Assembly: GCA_965228875.1 (NCBI GenBank)
Contig: OZ245843.1
Span: 4,074,616-4,138,615 of the forward strand
From: Thalassobaculaceae bacterium
GTDB taxonomy: Bacteria; Pseudomonadota; Alphaproteobacteria; Thalassobaculales; Thalassobaculaceae
Length of the DNA: 64,000 nucleotides
Reading direction: 5' to 3'
Position 1 is the first letter of the stretch, and each line of letters opens with the position of its first letter. A program made the translations under genes and the position numbers. This document shows positions 43,482 through 52,512 of this stretch, in pieces. Below the pieces are notes generated by a model, which ran no database searches, was not told the DNA's origin, and saw only the letters and a list, made by a program, of their open reading frames with translations.

Positions 43482-44488
43482 GGCAGCACCTCGGCGTGAT
43501 GGCAGGCGGCCGCGCGGCCACCCGGCAGGACTCTCAGGTCCGGCCGTTCGACCCGGCAGCGGTCCGTGGCGAAGGGGCAGCGCGGATGCAACGCGCAGCC
43601 GGCGGGGGGATCGAGCGGACTTGGCGGTTCGCCGTCCAGCTTCAGGGGCTGCACCCTGCGGCCGCGCCGCGACCGGGCCGCCGGCACGGCACCGATCAGG
43701 GCCCGGGAGTAGGGGTGGGCCGGTGCGCCGAACAGCGCATCCCGGTCTGCGATCTCGACGAAGCGGCCGAGATACATCACGGCGACCCGGTCGGCGACGT
43801 GACGCACCAGGCTGAGGTCGTGGGAGATGAACAGGTAGGCGAGACCCAAGGCGCCCTGCAGGTCTCGCAAGAGATTCACCACCTGGGCCTGTACCGACAC
43901 GTCGAGCGCGGCGACGGGCTCGTCGCACACCACCAATTTCGGCTCCAGCACCAGCGCCCGGGCGATCACCGCGCGCTGCTGCTGCCCGCCCGACAGCTCG
44001 TGCGGATAGCGGGTCGCCAGGTCGCCGCCGAGACCGACCGCCTCGAGAATCGTATCCGCCCGGTCTCGTCGATCCGGCGGCGTGCCGATCCCGTGGATGT
44101 CGAGACCCTCTACCACCTGCCGGCGGATCTCCAGCCGGGGGTCGAGCGCGCTGCGGCTGTCCTGGAAGATGAGCTGCATGTCCCGCCGGCGGTCGCGCCA
44201 GCGGGCATCGTCCGTGGCCGCCAGGTCCTCGCCCTCGAAGCGGATCGACCCTTCGCTCGGCGCCAGCAGGTTCAGGACAAGGTTGCCGACGGTGGATTTG
44301 CCGCAGCCGCTCTCGCCGACGACCGCCAGGGTCTCGCCCGGGTGGAGGTCGAAGGAAACACCGGCGACCGCGGACAGCTGCGAACGAGCGCCTAGGATAC
44401 CGCGGCGCGGTCCCGGGAACCGTTTCGACAGGCCGCGCACCTCGAGCAGCGGAGCCGCCGGCTCCGGATCGACCTTGAGCGCGCTCAT
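43478..44488 (-). CDS. Peptide-type ABC ATPase (DppF/AccC-like)
   Basis: [18 protein letters not shown]-terminal GC..HPRC Cys motif. Confidence 0.92.
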   Translation of the reverse strand: MSALKVDPEPAAPLLEVRGLSKRFPGPRRGILGARSQLSAVAGVSFDLHPGETLAVVGESGCGKSTVGNLVLNLLAPSEGSIRFEGEDLAATDDARWRDRRRDMQLIFQDSRSALDPRLEIRRQVVEGLDIHGIGTPPDRRDRADTILEAVGLGGDLATRYPHELSGGQQQRAVIARALVLEPKLVVCDEPVAALDVSVQAQVVNLLRDLQGALGLAYLFISHDLSLVRHVADRVAVMYLGRFVEIADRDALFGAPAHPYSRALIGAVPAARSRRGRRVQPLKLDGEPPSPLDPPAGCALHPRCPFATDRCRVERPDLRVLPGGRAAACHHAEVLP

Positions 44489-45471
44489 GCCGCCTCCGTG
44501 ATCGCGCGCAGCGGGTGGTGACAGGCCACCGCGCCGCCGCCGGCCGCGACCGTGTCCGGGTCGACATGGCGGCAGACCTCCGCGGTCTGCGGGCAGCGCG
44601 GCGCGAAGGGGCATCCCGCCGGCATCGCCTTGAGCGACGGGACGGTTCCCTCGATCGGCCTCAGCCGGTCAATGTCGTCGTCCAGGAACGGGAGCGAGTC
44701 GAGCAGGCCGCGGGTATAGGGATGGCGCGGCCGCTCGAACAGGTCGCTTGCCGGCGCCAGTTCGGCGAGCCGCCCCGCATACATGACCGCGACCCGGTCG
44801 GCGACCTCCGCCACCAGTCCGAGGTCGTGGGTCACGAACAGGATGCCCATGCCGATCTCGCGCTGCAGGTCGCGCAGCAGTTCCAGGATCTGCGCCTGAA
44901 CCGTGACGTCGAGCGCTGTCGTCGGCTCGTCCGCCACCAGCAGCGACGGCTCGCCGGCGATGGCCATGGCGATCATCGCGCGCTGCTGCTGGCCGCCGGA
45001 AATCTGATGCGGATAGTCCTTCGAGCGCCGCCGCGGTTCGGGAATACCGACCAGGTCGAGCAGTTCCACCGCTCGGGCGTTCGCGGTCCGGCGGTCGGCG
45101 CCGGTGCGGATCTGATACGCCTCCGCCACCTGCCAGCCGAGGGTCCGAACCGGGTTCAGCCCGGTCATCGGGTTCTGGAAGATCATTCCCATCGCGCGGG
45201 AGCGCAGTCTGCGGTCGTCCCGGTCGCTCGGGTCGAGAACCCTGCCGCGGAAGGCGATGTCGCCGTCGTGGATGGAGACGTTGCGTCCGAACAGACCCAT
45301 GACCGAGAGGCACGTCAGGGTCTTGCCGCAGCCGCTTTCGCCGACCAGCCCCAAGGTCTCTCCCGGCGCGAGGTCGAGTGAGACATCGCGAACGGGGAAC
45401 ACCGGACCGTCCGCAAGATCGATGCGGACGGTCAGGTTCCTGATGTCGAGAAGCTTGTTCATCACGGACAT
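44485..45471 (-). CDS. Peptide-type ABC ATPase (DppD/AccB-like)
   Basis: [32 protein letters not shown]. Confidence 0.92.
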   Translation of the reverse strand: MSVMNKLLDIRNLTVRIDLADGPVFPVRDVSLDLAPGETLGLVGESGCGKTLTCLSVMGLFGRNVSIHDGDIAFRGRVLDPSDRDDRRLRSRAMGMIFQNPMTGLNPVRTLGWQVAEAYQIRTGADRRTANARAVELLDLVGIPEPRRRSKDYPHQISGGQQQRAMIAMAIAGEPSLLVADEPTTALDVTVQAQILELLRDLQREIGMGILFVTHDLGLVAEVADRVAVMYAGRLAELAPASDLFERPRHPYTRGLLDSLPFLDDDIDRLRPIEGTVPSLKAMPAGCPFAPRCPQTAEVCRHVDPDTVAAGGGAVACHHPLRAITEAA

Positions 45472-45530
45472 GCGCGCAGGCGGCCCCGGGAGCGTGACGG
45501 AACGGCTGTCCCGTCACGCCGTCCGGACCC

Positions 45531-47096
45531 TCAGCCGCCGACGCCCACCGCCAGGTTGTACGGCCGGAAGTCCATGTAGTAGAGCGAGTAGGGCATCCAC
45601 TTGACGGACTTCTTCAGCGCGTAGGTCTCCAGCGGGTTGTAGAGCATCGTCCCGGGGACCTCGTCCATCCAGATGTCGAGTGCCTCGCGATAGGCCTGCT
45701 GACGCTTGGCCATGTCGGTTTCGGACTCGATCTGACGGTGCAGGGCGTTGAACCGTTCCGGCGCCTTCCAGGAGCGGGCGTCGTCCTGGCGGTTGTTCTG
45801 GACCCAGGACAGGTGGCCCCACTGCGGCACGAAGGAGCCGAGCGGGTCCGGCATGCGGTGGGTATTCGACCAGGGACGGATATGGGTGCCCTCGGCGTTC
45901 ACCTGAGACCAGTTCTCGACCGGCTCGACCTTCACGTTGAGGCCGACATCCTTCCACATCTGCTGCATCGCCTGGGCCGCCTCGAGGCTGTTCAGGTAGT
46001 AGTTCAGCGGCAGGCGGTAGACGATCTCCTGACCGTCGTAGGAGGACGACTCGACCAGGTCGCGGGCCTTGTCCGGGTTGAACTCGAAGCCCGGGTAGTC
46101 CTCCATGTACATCACGTAGGACGGCAGCTGGTGGCCGTTCGGGGTGTAGTTCTTCCCACCCCACAACGCCTTGCGCAGCAGGTCCCGGTCGATCGCCATC
46201 GACAGCGCCCGGCGGACTTTCTTGTCCTGCAGGGCCGGGGCGTCCATGAAGAAGACCAGCATGTGGGTGTTGTCGAGAACGATCTGCTCGACCTGGATGT
46301 CGTCATAGCCTTCCAGAACGGGCACCTGATCCGGCGGCACGTTGACGATGATGTCGAACTCGCCGCTGACAAGGCCGGCGATGCGGGCCGAGGTCTCCGG
46401 CACGACGTTGAAGCTGATCGAGGCCGCGGTCGGCTGGCCGCCGAAATAGTCGTCATGGGCGACCAGCTTCACGTACTCGCCGTCGACGAACTCGGCCAGC
46501 TTGTACGGGCCGGTGCCCACCGGCATGCGGGCGAAGGAATCGCGCCCCTTGGTGATGTACTCGCGGGCGTTGACGATCCAACTGGCGTAGCCGGCCATGC
46601 GCTGTTCCAGCATCAGGTCCGGGACCTTGCTGACGACGCGCACGGTGTAGCGGTCGACCTTCTCGGCGTGGCTGATGGTGTTCATGAAGCGCTTGCCGGT
46701 GGCGGCGACCGGGTTTTCGCCGATCATCCGGCCTTTGGTGTAGGTGAAGACCACATCATCGGCGGTCAACTCGTCGCCATTGTGGAACTTGACGCCCTGA
46801 CGGAGCTTGAACTCGATCGTCTTCGGGTCGATGCGCGTCCAGCTCTCGGCGAGACCCGGGACCAGCTTGGACGACCGGCCGCTGCCGTCGGCGAGGAAAT
46901 CGCGGCGGATCAGGCTGTCGAACATCGAGTAGACGATGCGGACATGGATGTTGCCCATGCCTTCCGCGGGTTCGAGCGTATCCGGGATGTCGTTCACGGC
47001 GACAACCAGGTCGGGCCTGCCGTCGGCCTGCGCCGGACCGGCCGCCAGGCCGGCTGCGACGAGCATGCCGGCCGCCAGGCGGAACAGAGTTCTCAT
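45531..47096 (-). CDS. Cluster-C ABC substrate-binding protein, AccA (agrocinopine)-like
   Basis: Signal peptide; FDSLIRRDF, NTHML, NYYLN, RPWSN and WKAPERFN segments resemble my recollection of Agrobacterium AccA. Confidence 0.8.
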   Translation of the reverse strand: MRTLFRLAAGMLVAAGLAAGPAQADGRPDLVVAVNDIPDTLEPAEGMGNIHVRIVYSMFDSLIRRDFLADGSGRSSKLVPGLAESWTRIDPKTIEFKLRQGVKFHNGDELTADDVVFTYTKGRMIGENPVAATGKRFMNTISHAEKVDRYTVRVVSKVPDLMLEQRMAGYASWIVNAREYITKGRDSFARMPVGTGPYKLAEFVDGEYVKLVAHDDYFGGQPTAASISFNVVPETSARIAGLVSGEFDIIVNVPPDQVPVLEGYDDIQVEQIVLDNTHMLVFFMDAPALQDKKVRRALSMAIDRDLLRKALWGGKNYTPNGHQLPSYVMYMEDYPGFEFNPDKARDLVESSSYDGQEIVYRLPLNYYLNSLEAAQAMQQMWKDVGLNVKVEPVENWSQVNAEGTHIRPWSNTHRMPDPLGSFVPQWGHLSWVQNNRQDDARSWKAPERFNALHRQIESETDMAKRQQAYREALDIWMDEVPGTMLYNPLETYALKKSVKWMPYSLYYMDFRPYNLAVGVGG

Positions 47097-47176
47097 GACA
47101 CATACCCCTGTGGGAGAAGAAGGCGGCAGTGTCACAGAAGTGAGTTTTGGAATTGTGATGCTTTGACTGTCGTAAG

Positions 47177-47194
47177 ATGGCAAAAAGATTACAG
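47177..47194 (-). promoter_or_regulatory. Candidate Pho box CTGTAAT-cttt-TTGCCAT
   Basis: 11-bp-periodic match to CTGTCAT-N4-CTGTCAT upstream of the AccA-like gene. Confidence 0.55.
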
Positions 47195-47270
47195 AACTGC
47201 ATACATTAATGTGTCGGTATTATTACCGACCTCTATCGATATCGGTTCGATGCCGCCTGAATGCTCACGC

Positions 47271-48086
47271 CTAGCGAATGCCGGCGCGCATGAAGCTCTG
47301 CACGAACTGCCGCTGGAACAGCAGAAAGGCGATCAGCAGCGGGCCCGACGTCATCACAGTCGCGGCGTTGATCAGGGACCAGTCGATTCCCTGGTCCACG
47401 GCCGCGAAGATCGAGAGCCCCACGGTGACCGGCCGCGTCTCCACCGAGTTGGTGATGATCAGGGGCCAGAGGAAGTTGTTCCAGTGATGGCTGACCGAGA
47501 CCAGGCCGTAGGCGAGGTAGGTCGGCTTGGCGAGCGGCACGTACACCTTCAGCAGGACGGTCAGCGGCCCGGCCCCCTCGACGCGGGCGGCCTCGTCCAG
47601 TTCCTTCGGCACGGTCTTGAAGGTCTGGCGCAGCAGGAAGATGCCGAAGCCGGAAGCGACGTAGGGCAGGCCGATGGCGGCGATGGTGTCGACCAGCCCG
47701 AGCATCCGCATGGTCGCGTAGTTCTCGACGATCAGGATGTCCGGCATCACCAGAAGCTGCAGCAGCACCAGAGCGAACAGCACGCCGCTGCCCGGAAAGG
47801 TGAAGCGGGCGAAGGCGTAGGCCGCCAGCGTGCAGAGCACGAACTGTCCGATCAGGATGAAGGTGACCAGCAGGAAGCTGTTCAGGAAATAGCGGGCGAA
47901 CGGCGCCGCCGCCCAGGCGTTGGCGAAGTTCTCCAGGGTCAGGGGGGCGAGGAGCTCGAACCGGGTGGCGAAGGCGCCCGGATGCACCGCCGTCCACACG
48001 GCATAGACCAGCGGCAGGAACCACAGCAGCGCCAGTGCCCACGCCCCGACGGTGTTCAGCCAACGGTCGAAGGGGTTCTGGGTCAT
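47271..48086 (-). CDS. Carbohydrate ABC permease (UgpE-like)
   Basis: LAAYAFAR, ELDEAARVEGA, WNNFLWPL. Confidence 0.9.
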   Translation of the reverse strand: MTQNPFDRWLNTVGAWALALLWFLPLVYAVWTAVHPGAFATRFELLAPLTLENFANAWAAAPFARYFLNSFLLVTFILIGQFVLCTLAAYAFARFTFPGSGVLFALVLLQLLVMPDILIVENYATMRMLGLVDTIAAIGLPYVASGFGIFLLRQTFKTVPKELDEAARVEGAGPLTVLLKVYVPLAKPTYLAYGLVSVSHHWNNFLWPLIITNSVETRPVTVGLSIFAAVDQGIDWSLINAATVMTSGPLLIAFLLFQRQFVQSFMRAGIR

Positions 48087-48973
48087 TGGTAGTGCACCCG
48101 CCTGTCGAGAAGGAAAAACTGCCCCAGCGCGATCACCGACAGCAGAACCAGAAGGACCACGGTCAGCGTCGAGGCATAGGCGGTGTCCCAGAACTTGAAC
48201 GCCGTCTCGTAGATGTAGAACAGCAGCAAGGAGCTGGCGTTGTCCGGGCCGCCCTCGGTCATGACGAACACGTGGTCGACCATGCGGAAGGAGTTGATGA
48301 CCGCGTTGACCGACACGAACAGGGTGGTCGGCATCAGCAGCGGAAACGTCACCCGGCGGAAGAACGTCCAGCGCCCGGCGCCCTCGATCGCCGCGGCCTC
48401 GCGCAGTTGCGGCGGGATCGACTGCAGCGCGGCGAGATAGAAGATCATGAAGAACCCGGCCTCCTTCCAGATGCCGACCACCATGATCGAGCCGAGCACG
48501 AGCGCCGGGTTGCCGAGCCAGTTGACCTCGGGCAGCCCGAACAGCCCGCGGACCTGGTCGATCAGACCGAAACCGGGCGTGTAGAAGAACATCCAGATGT
48601 TCGCCACGGCGATCAGCGGCAGGACGGTCGGGGCGAAATAGGCGAGGCGGACGAAACTCCGCCCACGCAGCTTGCCGTCGACCCAGAGCGCCATCAGCAG
48701 CGCCAGGGCGACCGAGACCGGGATGGTGACCGCGGCATACCAGAGGCTGTTGGACAGGACCTGCCAGAACGTGTCGTCCGCCAGCAGGGTCTCGTAGTTC
48801 TCCAGCCCGACGAAGCGGGCCGGGCGACGTCCGCGCGGCGTGGAGAAGAAGCTGTCCCAGGTCGTCGAGATCGCCGGCAGGTGGGTGAAGGCGAACAGCA
48901 GAACCAGCGCCGGGCTCAACAGCAGCCAGCCGTAGATCCACTCCCGTCTGACGGTGATGGGCCGATCGATCAT
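48083..48973 (-). CDS. Carbohydrate ABC permease (UgpA-like)
   Basis: FVGLENY, EAAAIEGA, TEGGPDNAS. Confidence 0.9.
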   Translation of the reverse strand: MIDRPITVRREWIYGWLLLSPALVLLFAFTHLPAISTTWDSFFSTPRGRRPARFVGLENYETLLADDTFWQVLSNSLWYAAVTIPVSVALALLMALWVDGKLRGRSFVRLAYFAPTVLPLIAVANIWMFFYTPGFGLIDQVRGLFGLPEVNWLGNPALVLGSIMVVGIWKEAGFFMIFYLAALQSIPPQLREAAAIEGAGRWTFFRRVTFPLLMPTTLFVSVNAVINSFRMVDHVFVMTEGGPDNASSLLLFYIYETAFKFWDTAYASTLTVVLLVLLSVIALGQFFLLDRRVHYQ

Positions 48974-49040
48974 CGTGGGACGTCCGCGTGTTCACATGGG
49001 AGCCGCCGGCCGACGCGAGGCCGGCCGGCGGCGGTGATCG

Positions 49041-50327
49041 TCAGCGATAGTCCTTGAGGATGCGGTCGGCCTGGGCCTGGGCTTCCTCGAGGGCGGCGGC
49101 CGGCGCCTTCTGGCCGGTGATGGCCGCTTCGAGCGCGTCGTTGAAGATCGTCGTGATGCGCTGGTTCTGATAGGTCGATAGCTCGGCGACGGCGTACTCG
49201 AGCTGGTCGCGGGCGACGAGCGCCGGCGGGAAGTCGGCGACGTAGGCCTTCATCGCCGGGGTTTCCCAGGCGTCCGGGCGCGGCGCGACATAGCCGGTCG
49301 CGATCGACCACTTGGCGGCCTGCTCCGGCGCGGAGATCCACTTGATGAACTCGAAGGACGCGGCCTTCTGCTCGTCGGTGGAGTCCTTGAAGATGTAGAA
49401 GTTGCCGCCGCCGGTCGGGGCACCCCGGCGCTTGTTGGCGGGCAGCATGGCGACACCGAAGTCGAACGGCGCGTTGGTGCGCACGTTGGTCAGGTTGCCG
49501 GTGGTGGTCCACATCATCGCGGTCTGACCCTCGAAGAAGGCCTTCGGCGTGGCGCCCCACTCGATGATGCCGGGGGCCATCACCTGGTGTTTGGTGGACA
49601 GGTCGACCAGGTACTGCAGCGCCTCGACCACCTTCGGATCGGCGAAGTTGGTCTTGTTGCCGGCGTCGTTGGCCAGGATCACGTCGTTCTGCGTGGTCAG
49701 GCCCTGGAACAGCCAGTACGGGAAGCCCGAGCTGGGAATGCGCACGCCCCACTGGGTGACGTTGCCGCTGGCGTCGCGCTTGGTCAGCTTCTTGCCGAAC
49801 GCGACCATCTCTTCCCAGGTGGCGGGAGCCTTCTCCGGGTCCAGGCCGGCCTCCTTGAAGGCCTCCTTGTTGTAGTAGAGCACCGGGGTCGAGCGCTGGA
49901 ACGGGATGCCGTAGGTCTTGCCGCCGGTCATCGAGTTGTCCATGAACGCCGGATAGAACGAGGTCAGCCACGCCTTGTCGGCGTCGGTCCGGACCATCTC
50001 GTCGAACGGGATGATCGCGTCTTCCTCGATCAGGGTGAACATGTCGACCGACAGGATCACCGAGAGCTGCGGCGGGGTGCCGCCGCGCACGGCGGTCAGG
50101 GTCTTGGTGATGGTGTCCTGGTAGGAGCCGGCATACACCGCCTCGATGGTCACGCCCGGGTTGGCGGCCATGTACTCGTCGGTCAGGGCCTGGATGGTGT
50201 CGGCCGCCTTGCCGCCGACGGCGACAGGGAAGAAGAACTGCAGGTCGGTCGCGAGTGCTGCGCCCGCGGTCGACGCCAGGAGCGCGGCCGCGCTGAGCGT
50301 CGTCGTCATCGTCTTGAACAGAGTCAT
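49041..50327 (-). CDS. ABC substrate-binding protein (UgpB/glycerol-3-phosphate-like)
   Basis: Signal peptide, YAGSY, PFQRSTPVLYYNK, TGGG, TGY. Confidence 0.85.
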   Translation of the reverse strand: MTLFKTMTTTLSAAALLASTAGAALATDLQFFFPVAVGGKAADTIQALTDEYMAANPGVTIEAVYAGSYQDTITKTLTAVRGGTPPQLSVILSVDMFTLIEEDAIIPFDEMVRTDADKAWLTSFYPAFMDNSMTGGKTYGIPFQRSTPVLYYNKEAFKEAGLDPEKAPATWEEMVAFGKKLTKRDASGNVTQWGVRIPSSGFPYWLFQGLTTQNDVILANDAGNKTNFADPKVVEALQYLVDLSTKHQVMAPGIIEWGATPKAFFEGQTAMMWTTTGNLTNVRTNAPFDFGVAMLPANKRRGAPTGGGNFYIFKDSTDEQKAASFEFIKWISAPEQAAKWSIATGYVAPRPDAWETPAMKAYVADFPPALVARDQLEYAVAELSTYQNQRITTIFNDALEAAITGQKAPAAALEEAQAQADRILKDYR

Positions 50328-50399
50328 GTGTCTCCACTCCTCGCTACGGGATAGTCGTTCTTCACTCGGGGCCTTCGGCCGTCGGCCGGACCCTCTTGA

Positions 50400-51488
50400 T
50401 CACGGGCCGGACGAGCCGGGTTCCGCTGATTTCGAAATGACGGCGCCGCTCGCGGCGTCGAACAGATGCCGACGGTCGTCCGGCCACCTGAGGGAGACCC
50501 GATCGCCGGGACGTACCGCGTGCCGGGTCGAGGTGCGGACGGTGACGGTCTGGCCGGCGACGGAACAGTCGACCAGCTGATCGGCGCCGAGATACTCCAC
50601 CTGGGACACCACGGCCGGCAGGCCGCCGGAGTCGGCGAGCTCGATATCCTCGGGGCGCACGCCGAGCCGGTAGCCGCGGGTCGGGTCGACGGTGGCGCGG
50701 ACGATCGGGGTGGCGTCGCCCCTGACCGTCCAGGCGTTCCCGGCGGGCGCCAGCTCAAGGACGTTCATCGGCGGCGTGCCGATGAACCGTGCGACGAACA
50801 CGCTCGCCGGGCGCTCGTAGAGGTCGCGCGGCGGGGCGTGCTGTTCGATCCGACCGCCGTTCAGCACCACGATCCGGTCGGCCATGGCAATCGCCTCGAC
50901 CTGGTCGTGGGTGACGTAGACCATGGTGATCCCGAGCTTGCGCTGCAGCGCCTTCAGCTCGACCCGCATCTCATGGCGCAGCTTGGCGTCCAGGTTGGAC
51001 AGCGGCTCGTCCATCAGGCAGATCGGTTTCTCGGCGATGATGGCGCGCCCCAGCGCCACCCGCTGCTGCTGACCGCCGGAGATCTGGCTCGGCCGGCGGT
51101 CCAGCAGATGCTCGAGGCCCAGCAGGGCCGCCGTGCGTTTCAGGCGATCCGCCCGCTCGGGAGCGGGAACCTTGCGAACCTTGAGGCCGAACAGAATGTT
51201 CTCGGCCACGTTCAGGTGGGGAAACAGGGCGTAGGACTGGAACACCATGGCGATCTGGCGGTCGTTCGGCGGGCGTCGGGTCACGTCGCTGCCGCCGATC
51301 AGAACCGCGCCTCCGCTCGCCTCCTCGAGACCCGCGATCAGACGGAGCGTGGTCGACTTTCCGCAGCCCGAGGGGCCCAGCAGGACCGTGAATTCGCCGG
51401 CGGGGGCGGTGAAGCCGATGTCATCGACCGCGACCGTTTCACCCCACGCCTTGCGCAGGTTCCGGACCTCGATCGCCACGCCGCTCAT
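50400..51488 (-). CDS. ABC ATPase (UgpC/MalK-like)
   Basis: GPSGCGKST, VFQSYALFPH, DEPLSNLDAKLR, TOBE domain. Confidence 0.92.
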   Translation of the reverse strand: MSGVAIEVRNLRKAWGETVAVDDIGFTAPAGEFTVLLGPSGCGKSTTLRLIAGLEEASGGAVLIGGSDVTRRPPNDRQIAMVFQSYALFPHLNVAENILFGLKVRKVPAPERADRLKRTAALLGLEHLLDRRPSQISGGQQQRVALGRAIIAEKPICLMDEPLSNLDAKLRHEMRVELKALQRKLGITMVYVTHDQVEAIAMADRIVVLNGGRIEQHAPPRDLYERPASVFVARFIGTPPMNVLELAPAGNAWTVRGDATPIVRATVDPTRGYRLGVRPEDIELADSGGLPAVVSQVEYLGADQLVDCSVAGQTVTVRTSTRHAVRPGDRVSLRWPDDRRHLFDAASGAVISKSAEPGSSGP

Positions 51489-52264
51489 GGCGCGCCGTCC
51501 CCGCAGAGCACGAACTGGTGCCCGGCGTCATCGATGGCCGCGCGGATGGCGGGTGGCGGCTCGCGGTCGCAGAACACCATGTCCGCCTCCGCGATCCAGC
51601 CGCCGCGCACGTGGGCCGTGCGGCCGAACTTCGAGGCGTCGAGCACCAGGAACGACCGCCGGCAGTTGCGCCGGATGGTCTCGCGAACCGCGACTTCCTC
51701 GGCATTGAAATCGAGCAGCTCTCCGTTCGGGTCGACGCCGCCGACGCCGTACAGGCCGATATCGACCTTGAACCCCTCGAAGAACGCGTTGACGCCGGGG
51801 CCGACGATGTCCCGCGATCCAGGACGCACCGACCCGGCGGGCACGTGCACGTTCACGTCGGGCAAGGCGCAGGCGTTGACGGCGGCGGCCAGGTTGTTGG
51901 TGACGATGGTCAGCCCCTGGCGGCTGGACAGGTGGCGAACCGTCAGGGCAGGCGTCGTGCCGATGCTGATGGCGACGCTGCTGGTGTGGGGGATGTGGCT
52001 CTCGACCACCCGGGCGACCTGCTCCTTGGCGGCGAGGTTGAGGATCTGGCGTTCCTCGAAACCCAGGTTCTCGGCCGGCGCGGGAAGCTCGACCCCACCG
52101 TGGCGCCGCCTCAGAACCCCGACATCGCTCAGCTCGTTGATGTCGCGGCGGATGGTCTGGGTCGTGACGCCGAAATGCCGGGCGAGCGTGCTCACCGATT
52201 GGAACCCGCTCTGCCGGACCCGTTCCGCGATCGCCGCCTGCCGTTCCGTCGTCGCCTGACGCAT
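51485..52264 (-). CDS. DeoR/GlpR-family transcriptional regulator
   Basis: FGVTTQTIRRD, RRHGG, SIGTT, TNN, DASKFGR. Confidence 0.92.
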   Translation of the reverse strand: MRQATTERQAAIAERVRQSGFQSVSTLARHFGVTTQTIRRDINELSDVGVLRRRHGGVELPAPAENLGFEERQILNLAAKEQVARVVESHIPHTSSVAISIGTTPALTVRHLSSRQGLTIVTNNLAAAVNACALPDVNVHVPAGSVRPGSRDIVGPGVNAFFEGFKVDIGLYGVGGVDPNGELLDFNAEEVAVRETIRRNCRRSFLVLDASKFGRTAHVRGGWIAEADMVFCDREPPPAIRAAIDDAGHQFVLCGDGAP

Positions 52265-52344
52265 GTGTCTCACCTCGACCTGGACTGGGGCGAGGCGTAC
52301 CGGCCGGGCATGACACTGGCGTCACCGTAAGATGACGCTCAAGT

Positions 52345-52364
52345 GAACATTCATTCGAACATTC
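52345..52364. promoter_or_regulatory. Candidate GlpR operator, GAACATTC direct repeat
   Basis: GAACATTC-attc-GAACATTC; the reverse strand contains ATGTTCGA, similar to GlpR half-sites. Confidence 0.55.
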
Positions 52365-52390
52365 CCGCGCGGACCGCGCGGACCGCGCGG
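52365..52390. repeat. 9-bp tandem repeat CCGCGCGGA x~3
   Basis: Seen directly in the divergent promoter region. Confidence 0.8.
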
Positions 52391-52512
52391 CGGCGGAGTG
52401 TCACCGAAATGTCGTCACACTGAAAACAGTCGGTCGCGGATCAGCTCTATCAGAGGTGTCGTGCGCGGCATCCGTCGCCGCCGAATGGAGATAGGTCCAA
52501 GGAGACGCTGAC

